From a virus: 64,000 bases of DNA. The stretch spans positions 1 through 64,000 of IMG/VR virus record IMGVR_UViG_3300044859_001080; one strand, given 5' to 3'. Numbering within the stretch: the stretch's first letter is position 1; each line of letters begins with the position of its first letter. The position numbers and the translations under genes were made by a program. Below are positions 55,809 to 64,000 of this stretch, piece after piece. The notes under the pieces are model-generated. The model saw only the letters and a list, made by a program, of their open reading frames with translations. It did no database searches and was not told where the DNA came from.

Positions 55809-58130
55809 ATGGAAGAAAACAAAACATGGGTTAACCCCAATATTAGGGTTATCTGGGAGGATCATCCAGAGAATATTACCCAAGATAAGATTAAAGATGT
55901 TAGGCAATATTTTGCAAGAAAATATGGGACAACAAATGTTAATGTTATTACCAAAGTAAAATATGAAGATAAGGTGTTGCAATCAATTGATGTATCATCA
56001 AATATCTTGGATATTAATTATCAAAATAATTTGATTAGGAATTTGCTTGAAACAAATAGCAATTTGGATTATTATGATAAAATTATGGAAATCAATAATA
56101 TTGTTGAAAACAAATTGGTGCTGGAAAATCAAGAGCCAACACAATTCAATAAATGGTATATTAAGAGAATTAGATTTAGCAATTTCTTATCTTTTGGTGA
56201 AAACCAAGAACTTGATTTTGATAAATTAAATGGGATAACCATTGTTGAATCAACCCCCCAGAACACAGGTGGTAAAACCACTTTGACCATTGACTTATTA
56301 TTATTTTTATTTTTTAATACCACAACAAAGAGCAGCAAGGCAGAAGATATTTTTAATAAATTCACAAACAAAGATACAGTTCAGGTTGTTGGGGATATTG
56401 TTATTGATGGTGAGGAATATATGATATCCAGAAGAATGGATAGGAAAAAGAATAAGACAGAAGAATGGAAAGTAAAAAGTGAATTATCATTTGATAAGAA
56501 ATTAAAAAATGGTGAAATTCAGAATTTGAAGGGGGAGCAAAGAAGGGAAACCGAATTATTTATTAAGAACACAATTGGCAATATGGATGATTTCTTGGCC
56601 ACCATATTAACAACTGGGAACAATCTTGAAGATTTATTGGAATCAAAACCCACAGCCAGGGGTCAATTGTTGGGGAGATTTTTGGGGTTGGAACATTTAA
56701 AGAAAAAGGAGGATTTTGGCAAAGAAGTTTATCAAGAATTTTCAAAACGAATGTTCTCAAACGTTTACAATGTGGAGAAATTAAAGACAGAGAATCTGGA
56801 TTTGGTTGAAGAAGTTAAGGAGTTGGAAATAAATTTGGAAAAATTAAGTAAAGATTTAAAAGATTATGAAGAAAGACTGGAAAAAGGTAATCAGTATAAA
56901 AATGAATTATATACTTCAAAGTATTCTGATATTGATAAGGAATTATTAATTGTAAATGTGCAATCATTGGAAACTGAAATAGCAACAATCAATGCAAATA
57001 ATTTCAGAATAAATGATATGATTAAAGCAATTAATTCTGATAAGCCAGAAAATTTCTATGATGAAGATGAACATGATATCTTGAAGGAAAATATTATGGA
57101 CACCAAATTGAATAAACAATTATTGAAAGCAAAGATTGATGAAATAACAAAATTAATTAAAACTTATGGTAATGGTATTCAATGTGAACATTGCGGATTA
57201 AATCTTATTGATGCAGAATTTACAAAGGCAAAAGTGGATTCCTTGGATATTCACAAGAATGAATATGAAGTTATTTCAAATTTGGTTATTGAATTGGAAG
57301 CAAAACATGAACAACTCAATAAATTAAAAAAAGATTTTGATGCTTATGAAAAAAATAAGTTAATAATTAAAAAACATAACTTATCTTTGGAGGCAAATGT
57401 TATCAAAATAGAAAATTTAGAGAGAACCATTAAAAGATATTTGGAAGTTCAAGAGAAGATTAAAAAGAATAATCAAATAGATACATTAATAATTAAAGCA
57501 AATAGTAAGATAGATGAATTAACTTTTGAAAAAAATAAAATAACAAAAGATATTAGTGGTATTGAGATAAAAATATCAAATTATAAAGAAAAGACTGAAA
57601 AGAATTTAACAATTATTGAAAAAATATACAAAGAACAAGAAGAGGAAAAACAATATAAGATTTATTTGGATTTGTTTGGCAAGAATGGAATTTCTAAAAT
57701 GATAATGAAAACTATGTTGCCAGTTATTAATTCAGAATTGCAAAGATTATTATTAGATGTTTGTTATTTCACATTAGATGTCAAAGTTAATGACAAGAAT
57801 GAGGTTGAATTTGTTATGATTGATAATAACACTGGTGTTGAGAAATTAATGACAACAGGATCTGGATATGAGAAAACAATAGCATCATTGGCATTAAGAG
57901 CAGTATTAAGCAAAGTTTGTTCATTACCAAAACCAAATATCTGGGTTGCAGATGAAGTATTTGGTAAGGTGTCAAATGAAAATTTAGATATGATGGGTGA
58001 ATTTTTTATTCGATTAAAGAGTTATTTTGAAAAAATATTGTTAATTTCGCATAACCCTTTAATCAGCAACTGGGGGGAATCAAAAATAGTTGTTGAAAAG
58101 AAAAATAATGTTTCAAAAGTTTTGATTTAG
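55809..58130 (+). CDS. sbcC: SbcC/Rad50/T4 gp46-like ATPase
   Basis: NFLSFG, Walker A NTGGKTT, Zn-hook CEHC, signature GSGYEK, Walker B ADEVFG, ISH; ATG 55809. Confidence 0.9.
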   Translation: MEENKTWVNPNIRVIWEDHPENITQDKIKDVRQYFARKYGTTNVNVITKVKYEDKVLQSIDVSSNILDINYQNNLIRNLLETNSNLDYYDKIMEINNIVENKLVLENQEPTQFNKWYIKRIRFSNFLSFGENQELDFDKLNGITIVESTPQNTGGKTTLTIDLLLFLFFNTTTKSSKAEDIFNKFTNKDTVQVVGDIVIDGEEYMISRRMDRKKNKTEEWKVKSELSFDKKLKNGEIQNLKGEQRRETELFIKNTIGNMDDFLATILTTGNNLEDLLESKPTARGQLLGRFLGLEHLKKKEDFGKEVYQEFSKRMFSNVYNVEKLKTENLDLVEEVKELEINLEKLSKDLKDYEERLEKGNQYKNELYTSKYSDIDKELLIVNVQSLETEIATINANNFRINDMIKAINSDKPENFYDEDEHDILKENIMDTKLNKQLLKAKIDEITKLIKTYGNGIQCEHCGLNLIDAEFTKAKVDSLDIHKNEYEVISNLVIELEAKHEQLNKLKKDFDAYEKNKLIIKKHNLSLEANVIKIENLERTIKRYLEVQEKIKKNNQIDTLIIKANSKIDELTFEKNKITKDISGIEIKISNYKEKTEKNLTIIEKIYKEQEEEKQYKIYLDLFGKNGISKMIMKTMLPVINSELQRLLLDVCYFTLDVKVNDKNEVEFVMIDNNTGVEKLMTTGSGYEKTIASLALRAVLSKVCSLPKPNIWVADEVFGKVSNENLDMMGEFFIRLKSYFEKILLISHNPLISNWGESKIVVEKKNNVSKVLI

Positions 58131-58151
58131 AAAAATAATTGTTAACTTTGC
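58121..58151 (+). promoter_or_regulatory. Bacteroidota primary-sigma-type promoter
   Basis: TTTG (58121) - 18 nt - TAACTTTGC (58143). Confidence 0.6.
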
Positions 58152-58162
58152 AAAAAAATAAA

Positions 58163-58648
58163 ATGAAGAATTACAACTTGACAATTTACAAACCAAAGAA
58201 AAATTTTGTATTAGATTCTTTTATTGATGAGTTTTCTAATATATCTGACACAGAACCATTAATGACAGAGGTTGGTGATTCTATCATTATGATTTTTGGT
58301 TCAGATGTTGACTTGGTTGATTTAGCCACAGTACTATCAAGTATTTTATTTGATACTTGTTATGGTTATACATTAGTTGAGATAGTGAATGATTATGCTG
58401 CATTCTTTCCAATGGAAAACTTTGTAAGTCTGGGACTAAATGATGCACCAAATGAATTTAGCAAAGGGAATAAACCATTCCTTGGTATTTTAAAAAGTGA
58501 TAATTTAACCAAAGTCTACTCAGTTATTAATGAAGGTGAATCAGAAACAGATTTGGATTTAATCCTTGAAAAGATTTCCAGCAAGGGTATTAGTTCATTG
58601 ACATCAATTGAAAAAGAATTATTACAGAATTTCTCTAAACAAAATTAA
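58163..58648 (+). CDS. Hypothetical protein with C-terminal DUF6576-like motif
   Basis: LDLILEKISSKGISSLTSIEKELL; ATG 58163. Confidence 0.65.
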   Translation: MKNYNLTIYKPKKNFVLDSFIDEFSNISDTEPLMTEVGDSIIMIFGSDVDLVDLATVLSSILFDTCYGYTLVEIVNDYAAFFPMENFVSLGLNDAPNEFSKGNKPFLGILKSDNLTKVYSVINEGESETDLDLILEKISSKGISSLTSIEKELLQNFSKQN

Positions 58649-58651
58649 AAA

Positions 58652-59449
58652 ATGAAAGAAAAAAAGTTTCTAATGATTAACCAGTCTGAAATATCATCTT
58701 ACTTAAAAGATGTTAGAAAACACAAAGTTATGAACGCTGAAAGAGAGCGTGAATTGGCTAAAATTATGTTAAATCCCAACACAACTGATGCACAGAAGTC
58801 ATTAGTTAAGAAGGAATTAGTTGAAGGCAATTTAAGGTTTGTTATTAGTGTGTGTAAGCAGTATCAAAACCAGGGGTTGGATTTGTCTGATTTGATTGCA
58901 GAAGGTAATTATGGGTTATTGAAAGCAATTGATAAGTTTGATTGGACCAAGAATTTAAGATTTATTTCTTATGGTGTGTGGTGGATTAAGCAAGCTATTA
59001 TTGAATCCTTAAATGATAATGCTAGAACAATAAGACTGCCTGTTAATATTGTTCAAGAATATCATAAGATTAAAAAGTTCTTAAATGAATTTGATAATAG
59101 TACACCAAGTAAATTGACAAATCTGGCACACACAATTGACTTAGATTCAACTTTAAATGAAGATGGGGATACATTACTTAATGTGATTAAGAATGAGAAT
59201 GCTGACAACCCAGAGGATGTATTTAGCACCAAGCAAATTTTAAGGGAAAAACTTTTGAATATTTTATGCTTGCTCGATTGTAGAGAAAAGGTTATCATTG
59301 AGGATTACTTTGGATTAAATGGCTCAGTTAGGACATTAGAAGAAATTGGTGGCGAGTTTAACCTAACAAAAGAAAGAGTTCGCCAAATAAAAGAAAAAGC
59401 ACTAAAAAAACTCAGAAATGAGTCAAAAGTGTTATTTGAATATATTTAA
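58652..59449 (+). CDS. RNA polymerase sigma-70 factor (RpoD-like, lacking region 1.1)
   Basis: Region 1.2 SYLKDV; region 2 NLRFVISV..DLIAEGN.GL..A..FD..RF.SY.VWWI; region 4 TLEEIG..LTKERVRQIKEKAL. Confidence 0.92.
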   Translation: MKEKKFLMINQSEISSYLKDVRKHKVMNAERERELAKIMLNPNTTDAQKSLVKKELVEGNLRFVISVCKQYQNQGLDLSDLIAEGNYGLLKAIDKFDWTKNLRFISYGVWWIKQAIIESLNDNARTIRLPVNIVQEYHKIKKFLNEFDNSTPSKLTNLAHTIDLDSTLNEDGDTLLNVIKNENADNPEDVFSTKQILREKLLNILCLLDCREKVIIEDYFGLNGSVRTLEEIGGEFNLTKERVRQIKEKALKKLRNESKVLFEYI

Positions 59450-59469
59450 TAATAATAAAAAACAACAAC

Positions 59470-59754
59470 ATGGAAAATTTTAGAAAATTTTTAGCAAAGA
59501 ATTTTACATTAATTGTATTTATTTTTTTGGTTATTGGCTGGTTTAAAGGATGTGGTGACACAAAAGAAATTGGTAAAATTAACGATGAAATTAAAGCAAT
59601 TAAAGATTCAACTTACACCAAAATGGAATTGGATAAACAATTAAAAATCATGAGTCTTGAAACTGAAAAAAGGTTTATTCAATCTACTGATAGAAAAATA
59701 CTTGATGTAAACAGGCAAGCACAAATAGATTTAGAATTAGAAAAACTTAAATAA
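59470..59754 (+). CDS. Small N-terminally membrane-anchored protein
   Basis: One TM segment then KGC and a helical tail. Confidence 0.65.
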   Translation: MENFRKFLAKNFTLIVFIFLVIGWFKGCGDTKEIGKINDEIKAIKDSTYTKMELDKQLKIMSLETEKRFIQSTDRKILDVNRQAQIDLELEKLK

Positions 59755-60588
59755 ATGAATATTGTTAGTAAGAATTTAGAAAAAATAGTATATTTTGCAT
59801 TTCTAGTGCCGATTATAACTGTAGCGGTTGTTTCAATATCACACGTTACTAGTTGGTATGGTTTAACTAATAATTCTACTTGGGCAATTTATTTATCTGT
59901 TGGTGTGGAGATTGCTGCTTTGTCAGCCTTGGCAGCAATCTCTGTTCATATGGGAAAGACTGTATATATACCTTTTGGTATAGTTACATTAATTCAATTG
60001 GTTGGAAACGTATTTTATTCCTACCAATACATTGATGAGTCATCAGAAGAATTTAAAGATTGGGTTGAGTTGTCAACTGTTTTCTTTCAATATATTATTG
60101 ATGAAAATGATATTGTTGGGCATAAAAGACTTCTTGCTATTTTCTCTGGTGGACTATTACCAGTTATATCCCTTTCTTTCTTACATATGTTGGTTAAGTT
60201 AAGAGATAAGGAAAAACTTCAAGATGAAGCTACTACACCAATATTAAATGATATTGAGTTAGAAGCGTTAAGTAGAGAGGCAGGTAAAATAGAGGCAAAA
60301 GAGGTTGAAGAAAAATATACCCCAACCAAGGAAGAATTAGGTTTGCTAGAAGTATATCTGGATAATCTAACAAAGGATAAGTCAGACCCAATACAACCCA
60401 AACCAAGAAAGAAAGGCAATAAGCCGGGGGTCACCCCAACTTTATTGGAAGATACATTATTGAGTGATGATTCTGAAATAGAAGTGCCTAAACCTGATAC
60501 AAGTAGAAAGAAGAAATTAGAATTAAATAATAATTCTGAAGATATAAGTAGATTAACATATAGAAAAAGAAATGCTGGAGATAATTAA
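59755..60588 (+). CDS. Multi-pass membrane protein (holin candidate)
   Basis: About 4 hydrophobic segments plus a charged C-terminal tail, upstream of an amidase-like gene. Confidence 0.55.
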   Translation: MNIVSKNLEKIVYFAFLVPIITVAVVSISHVTSWYGLTNNSTWAIYLSVGVEIAALSALAAISVHMGKTVYIPFGIVTLIQLVGNVFYSYQYIDESSEEFKDWVELSTVFFQYIIDENDIVGHKRLLAIFSGGLLPVISLSFLHMLVKLRDKEKLQDEATTPILNDIELEALSREAGKIEAKEVEEKYTPTKEELGLLEVYLDNLTKDKSDPIQPKPRKKGNKPGVTPTLLEDTLLSDDSEIEVPKPDTSRKKKLELNNNSEDISRLTYRKRNAGDN

Positions 60589-61174
60589 ATATGGTGAATT
60601 TAAACCAATAGGTAAGCAAAAGAATAAAAATAAGATAATATTAATTAATACATTTAGGGATGCCAAGAACTACTTGGTGTCCCTAAAATATAGGCATAAT
60701 GGTGAGTATGATAAAATTCCTAATTATATTATATCTAAAAAAGGTGAGGTTATTAAATTAATGGATGATGGGGGGTATTCTAATTTATTTGATGATAAGT
60801 TAATTAATTTTAATTCAGTTGTTATTGCTATTGAGAATTTGGGTTGGTTGGAAAAAAATCAAACCACAGGATTAAATAATAATTGGATTGGTGATATTTA
60901 TAATGGTCAACCCTATTATAAAAAGTGGAGGGATTATGATTTTTGGGATAATTATACAAATGCTCAAATTAATAGTTTGGCTATGTTGTGTTCTGAACTT
61001 TGTGATAAAATGGGGATTAATAAAAAATTTATAGGTCACAACACTAAAACTGAAATTGGGGTAAAATTTAATGGAATATTGAGTAGGAGTAATATATATA
61101 AAACTTATACAGATATATCACCATCTTTTGATATAAAACTTTTTGAAAAAATTTTAGAAAATGGTAGAAAATAG
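60572..61174 (+). CDS. N-acetylmuramoyl-L-alanine amidase (Amidase_2)-fold protein, apparently degenerate
   Basis: IIL..T, YII.KKGEV, NSVVIAIEN.G, YT.AQI.SL..L, DISPSFD; canonical Zn-ligand His residues not evident. Confidence 0.7.
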   Translation: MLEIIKYGEFKPIGKQKNKNKIILINTFRDAKNYLVSLKYRHNGEYDKIPNYIISKKGEVIKLMDDGGYSNLFDDKLINFNSVVIAIENLGWLEKNQTTGLNNNWIGDIYNGQPYYKKWRDYDFWDNYTNAQINSLAMLCSELCDKMGINKKFIGHNTKTEIGVKFNGILSRSNIYKTYTDISPSFDIKLFEKILENGRK

Positions 61175-61757
61175 TTATGATGAGATGAAATCTCTTTTAA
61201 AGAAATCTAAAATGTTGTTTGAGCAATTCTCAGATTCCGGAAGACTTAATACAGCAGATAGTATATCAAATAAAATACGTAGTAGTGTGGCTATGAGTTC
61301 TGATGATGGGAATCAAGATAATAGAACTATGGGGGGTATGAATAATGGTGAAGAAGAAACTCAAAAGAGTTCAGATCGTCAACAAAAATATAAAATATCT
61401 GGGGGTATATTTGTTTTACATGGAGATTCAAAAGCAGAGGTTGATAATATAACAACTGATGACAAATCATCATTCCAAGAAACAATGGATGAGTTTGTTG
61501 AAGAGGTTTCTGATTTGGTTGATTTTGATGAATTGCATTTGTATAAAAATAGTGTAGAGTGGGGTGGTAAATTGATAGATGATAATATTACTTTCCTATA
61601 TACAATTGGTGAGAATGGTGGTGTTTATATAAGCGCAGATATTGTAAAAATAGATGAGGATTTTTTAAGTATCATAACAAAATTAGAGCAGTATTATCAA
61701 AAATTTAAATCAAAATGGTCAAAAATGTTAGCAATAAGGAAGAAAACACCCAATTAA
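61161..61757 (+). CDS. Hypothetical acidic protein (possible head-associated)
   Basis: 198 aa; N-terminal leader ending LFE-Q. Confidence 0.65.
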   Translation: MVENSYDEMKSLLKKSKMLFEQFSDSGRLNTADSISNKIRSSVAMSSDDGNQDNRTMGGMNNGEEETQKSSDRQQKYKISGGIFVLHGDSKAEVDNITTDDKSSFQETMDEFVEEVSDLVDFDELHLYKNSVEWGGKLIDDNITFLYTIGENGGVYISADIVKIDEDFLSIITKLEQYYQKFKSKWSKMLAIRKKTPN

Positions 61758-62125
61758 CAGGTAATTTCAATAGTATTCTGGATGGGGTATTGAAATTAAT
61801 TTTAATATTAGGTTTGATATTTTTTGGTATTTGGATGTATAGGAAGACAGAACCCAAAGTTAAGTTAGACGATAAAACAAATCAAAAAATTGTTGAATTG
61901 GATCAATCAAATAAAAGAATTGAGAATAATCAAAAAATTCTGGAAGAAAAGATTGACAAGTACATTTTAGAGATAAATGAAATTGATAGAAATATCAAAG
62001 ACATAAACAATAAAAAAGAAATAGTTAGAAGATTTTATTATGAGAAAGTTATATCTATTGACACTTTCAATATGGTTGCCTTGGATAGTTTTTTCACAAA
62101 CAGATACAGTTTCTATTCAAACTAA
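61715..62125 (+). CDS. TM-anchored coiled-coil protein (i-spanin-like)
   Basis: N-terminal TM then coiled coil; overlaps next ORF by 86 bp. Confidence 0.55.
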   Translation: MVKNVSNKEENTQLTGNFNSILDGVLKLILILGLIFFGIWMYRKTEPKVKLDDKTNQKIVELDQSNKRIENNQKILEEKIDKYILEINEIDRNIKDINNKKEIVRRFYYEKVISIDTFNMVALDSFFTNRYSFYSN

Positions 62126-62453
62126 ATCATTCCCAATAACAATTGTTAAGGAAATAGCAAAAGATTTGATTAGATATGATTCAGTTAAGAATGAATTATT
62201 ACATGTTAACAACCTAATTCTGGAAACAGAAAAGAAAATATATTTAAAAGATTCTTTATTATTCTCATATATTGAAAAAGAACAAAAGTATAAAGATATT
62301 ATAAAAATAAATAATGAAAAGTATCAAGTACTTGAAAGTAATTTTGTGAGTAATCAAAATTTATTAAAGAAAGAAAAAATGAAAAACACAATAAATCAAA
62401 TCCTAATAGGTTTATCCATATTTGGATTCACATATTCTATAATTTTTAAATAA
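62040..62453 (+). CDS. Signal-peptide coiled-coil protein with C-terminal TM (spanin-like partner)
   Basis: MRKLYLL...VFS-QTD signal, coiled coil, ILIGLSIFGFTYSII tail. Confidence 0.55.
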   Translation: MRKLYLLTLSIWLPWIVFSQTDTVSIQTKSFPITIVKEIAKDLIRYDSVKNELLHVNNLILETEKKIYLKDSLLFSYIEKEQKYKDIIKINNEKYQVLESNFVSNQNLLKKEKMKNTINQILIGLSIFGFTYSIIFK

Positions 62454-62698
62454 TGGCATTAACACAATCTGAAAAAAAAGAAATTGAAGTTGTTGTTAGA
62501 AAAGAGATTAAAGATTTCTTTGAAAGTAGCACTTTATCCCAATATGAAAATAAGTTAATTGATAAATTACAAAAAGAATTCAGAAGGGGCAAATTTGAAG
62601 GTGAAGTTAAAGACATTACTGTAAAAATGTTTAGAGAGTTTTACCAATTTATGTGGATGAACAGAAGTTATTGGGAGCCTAAATTAAAAAATGCATAA
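62453..62698 (+). CDS. Small hypothetical protein
   Basis: 81 aa, TAATG-coupled to upstream gene. Confidence 0.65.
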   Translation: MALTQSEKKEIEVVVRKEIKDFFESSTLSQYENKLIDKLQKEFRRGKFEGEVKDITVKMFREFYQFMWMNRSYWEPKLKNA

Positions 62699-62699
62699 T

Positions 62700-64000
62700 A
62701 TGGAAGAACCAAATAAAGTATTTTCAAGTGCAATTGCTAGTGAGTTTGCAAAGAATCCTAGCGCTTATTCATCACAATATGATTATATTAGGATGGTAAA
62801 TAATGAGAATAGTTCAAAGGATAGAACAATTATAAACTTAGTAGATATTGAACGTAAACACAATAAAACAAAAGACTCTACAGAATATATTAATTTCTTG
62901 AAAAAAGAATTGCGTAAAGGCGCTGCTGTTGAGAAAGAACATACAGATAGTGTCAAAATGGCAAGAAAAATAGCCAAAGACCACCTATGGGAAGATCCCC
63001 ACTATTACAATAAATTAAAAAAGATGGAAACAAAAGAGGCCACTGGTTCAGGATCTGCTGGTGGGTATGTTGAGCCATTGTTTCCCAATCTTGAGAGTAT
63101 GAGTGAGGCTTGCTGGAAAGGATATAGGAGAGTAGGGGGTAAAATGAAAAATGGAAAGATGGTTCCAAATTGCGTTCCAATAAAGGAGAGTATATGGACA
63201 GAAGTTAATTTTAAGCCTATATTTAATGAAAGCAAGGTGGAAGCCAAGGAAGCAACATCAACTGCATCTACAGGGTCATATGAGGTTCCTGGAGCATGGG
63301 CTAAATCTACAAAAAAGAAAGATTGGAGAGGTAAATCAAAAACGCAAATACCTGGGGGTAAATTTGTGCAAGTAAGAAAGAAATGTTTAAAATTCCCTTA
63401 CTGTAACCAAGGCGATATAAAGGCATTAAAATTAACAGAACAAAATATGAACAAGAGAGAAATTCCAAACACAGCCCAAGAATTAATTAGGTTGATGCCT
63501 ACTGATTTAAAGAAATTATTTTTTGACCAATGGGGTGCAAAACAATCAACCAAATGGCATCCAGAGGGTAATTCATTAAAGCATATCATTTTGGTATTAA
63601 GGAGGGCATATAACAAATATGGGGATGATCCTAATATGATTATGGCAGCATTATTCCACGATTTAGGTAAAATGGATACTTATGCTATTAACCCAAAAAC
63701 AGGTGAACCAACTGCATATGGACATGATGCAAAATCTGGTGATTATGTAAAGCAATATGCTGATTGGATTTTATCATTTGAGGGAACAAATATTGATGTT
63801 ATTGAATATTTGGTTGTCAATCATATGAAGATGAAGCCATCAACTTGGAGTGTGATGAAACAAGCCAAGAAAGACCCCATAGAGCAGAATCCAGCATTTA
63901 AAAGTTTGCAAGATTTTGAAACAATTGATATTGGGGGGATTAGTGAGGCTTTAATAAACACTCCAAGATATCATATGATTATTAAAAAAGTTGCTAACAA
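62700..64000 (+). CDS. Modular protein (3'-truncated; absent from ORF track): DUF5661-like, CWKGY module, PYCNQG module and HD domain
   Basis: Hand translation from ATG 62700 is open to the window end: MEEPNKVF...GAAVEKEHTD..IAKDHLWEDPHYYNKL...CWKGY..VPNCVP...KCLKFPYCNQGDI...HPEGN..H..AALFHDLGK..GH. Confidence 0.85.
   Translation, partial: MEEPNKVFSSAIASEFAKNPSAYSSQYDYIRMVNNENSSKDRTIINLVDIERKHNKTKDSTEYINFLKKELRKGAAVEKEHTDSVKMARKIAKDHLWEDPHYYNKLKKMETKEATGSGSAGGYVEPLFPNLESMSEACWKGYRRVGGKMKNGKMVPNCVPIKESIWTEVNFKPIFNESKVEAKEATSTASTGSYEVPGAWAKSTKKKDWRGKSKTQIPGGKFVQVRKKCLKFPYCNQGDIKALKLTEQNMNKREIPNTAQELIRLMPTDLKKLFFDQWGAKQSTKWHPEGNSLKHIILVLRRAYNKYGDDPNMIMAALFHDLGKMDTYAINPKTGEPTAYGHDAKSGDYVKQYADWILSFEGTNIDVIEYLVVNHMKMKPSTWSVMKQAKKDPIEQNPAFKSLQDFETIDIGGISEALINTPRYHMIIKKVAN

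Noticed and set aside
62783-63616. Minus-strand short ORFs at the right end
   Set aside because: Antisense to the long plus-strand ORF from 62700, which carries recognisable domains.
1-64000. Stop-codon reassignment as in some huge phages
   Set aside because: Genes are full length in code 11, and TAG (nrdA, sbcC) and TGA both end genes at expected positions.

Overview
AT-rich (roughly 30% GC by eye), gene-dense segment of a large myovirus-type (jumbo/huge) phage genome read in the standard genetic code. The host is most likely Bacteroidota, based on TTTG-N18-20-TAnnTTTGC promoters, no Shine-Dalgarno motifs, a class Id-type RNR, a Bacteroidota-type short primary sigma factor, and SprB/FISUMP domains. 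Gene order: replication and nucleotide genes (RecA-like, 5'-3' exonuclease, DnaB, NrdB/NrdA); baseplate and tail structural genes with many Pro/Thr-rich tracts; an accessory island at ~27.3-44.1 kb; more structural genes; RuvC-like resolvase, primase, PD-(D/E)XK nuclease, SbcD/SbcC and sigma factor; a lysis-like cluster; and a modular putative head-cargo polyprotein running off the right end. The best candidate for an undescribed system is the island. It holds a fibre with 208 uninterrupted Gly-X-Y (GTS/GSS) triplets, four six-bladed Kelch propellers with an invariant scaffold but variable, apparently shuffled ligand-face loops, and co-located modification enzymes: three 2OG-Fe(II) oxygenases, a sulfotransferase, a GT9-like enzyme and a GT4 fused to an AAH/TibC-like protein O-heptosyltransferase. 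No tRNA, rRNA, CRISPR array, integrase, transposase or reverse transcriptase was seen. All family calls are motif recognition by eye; no database searches were run.
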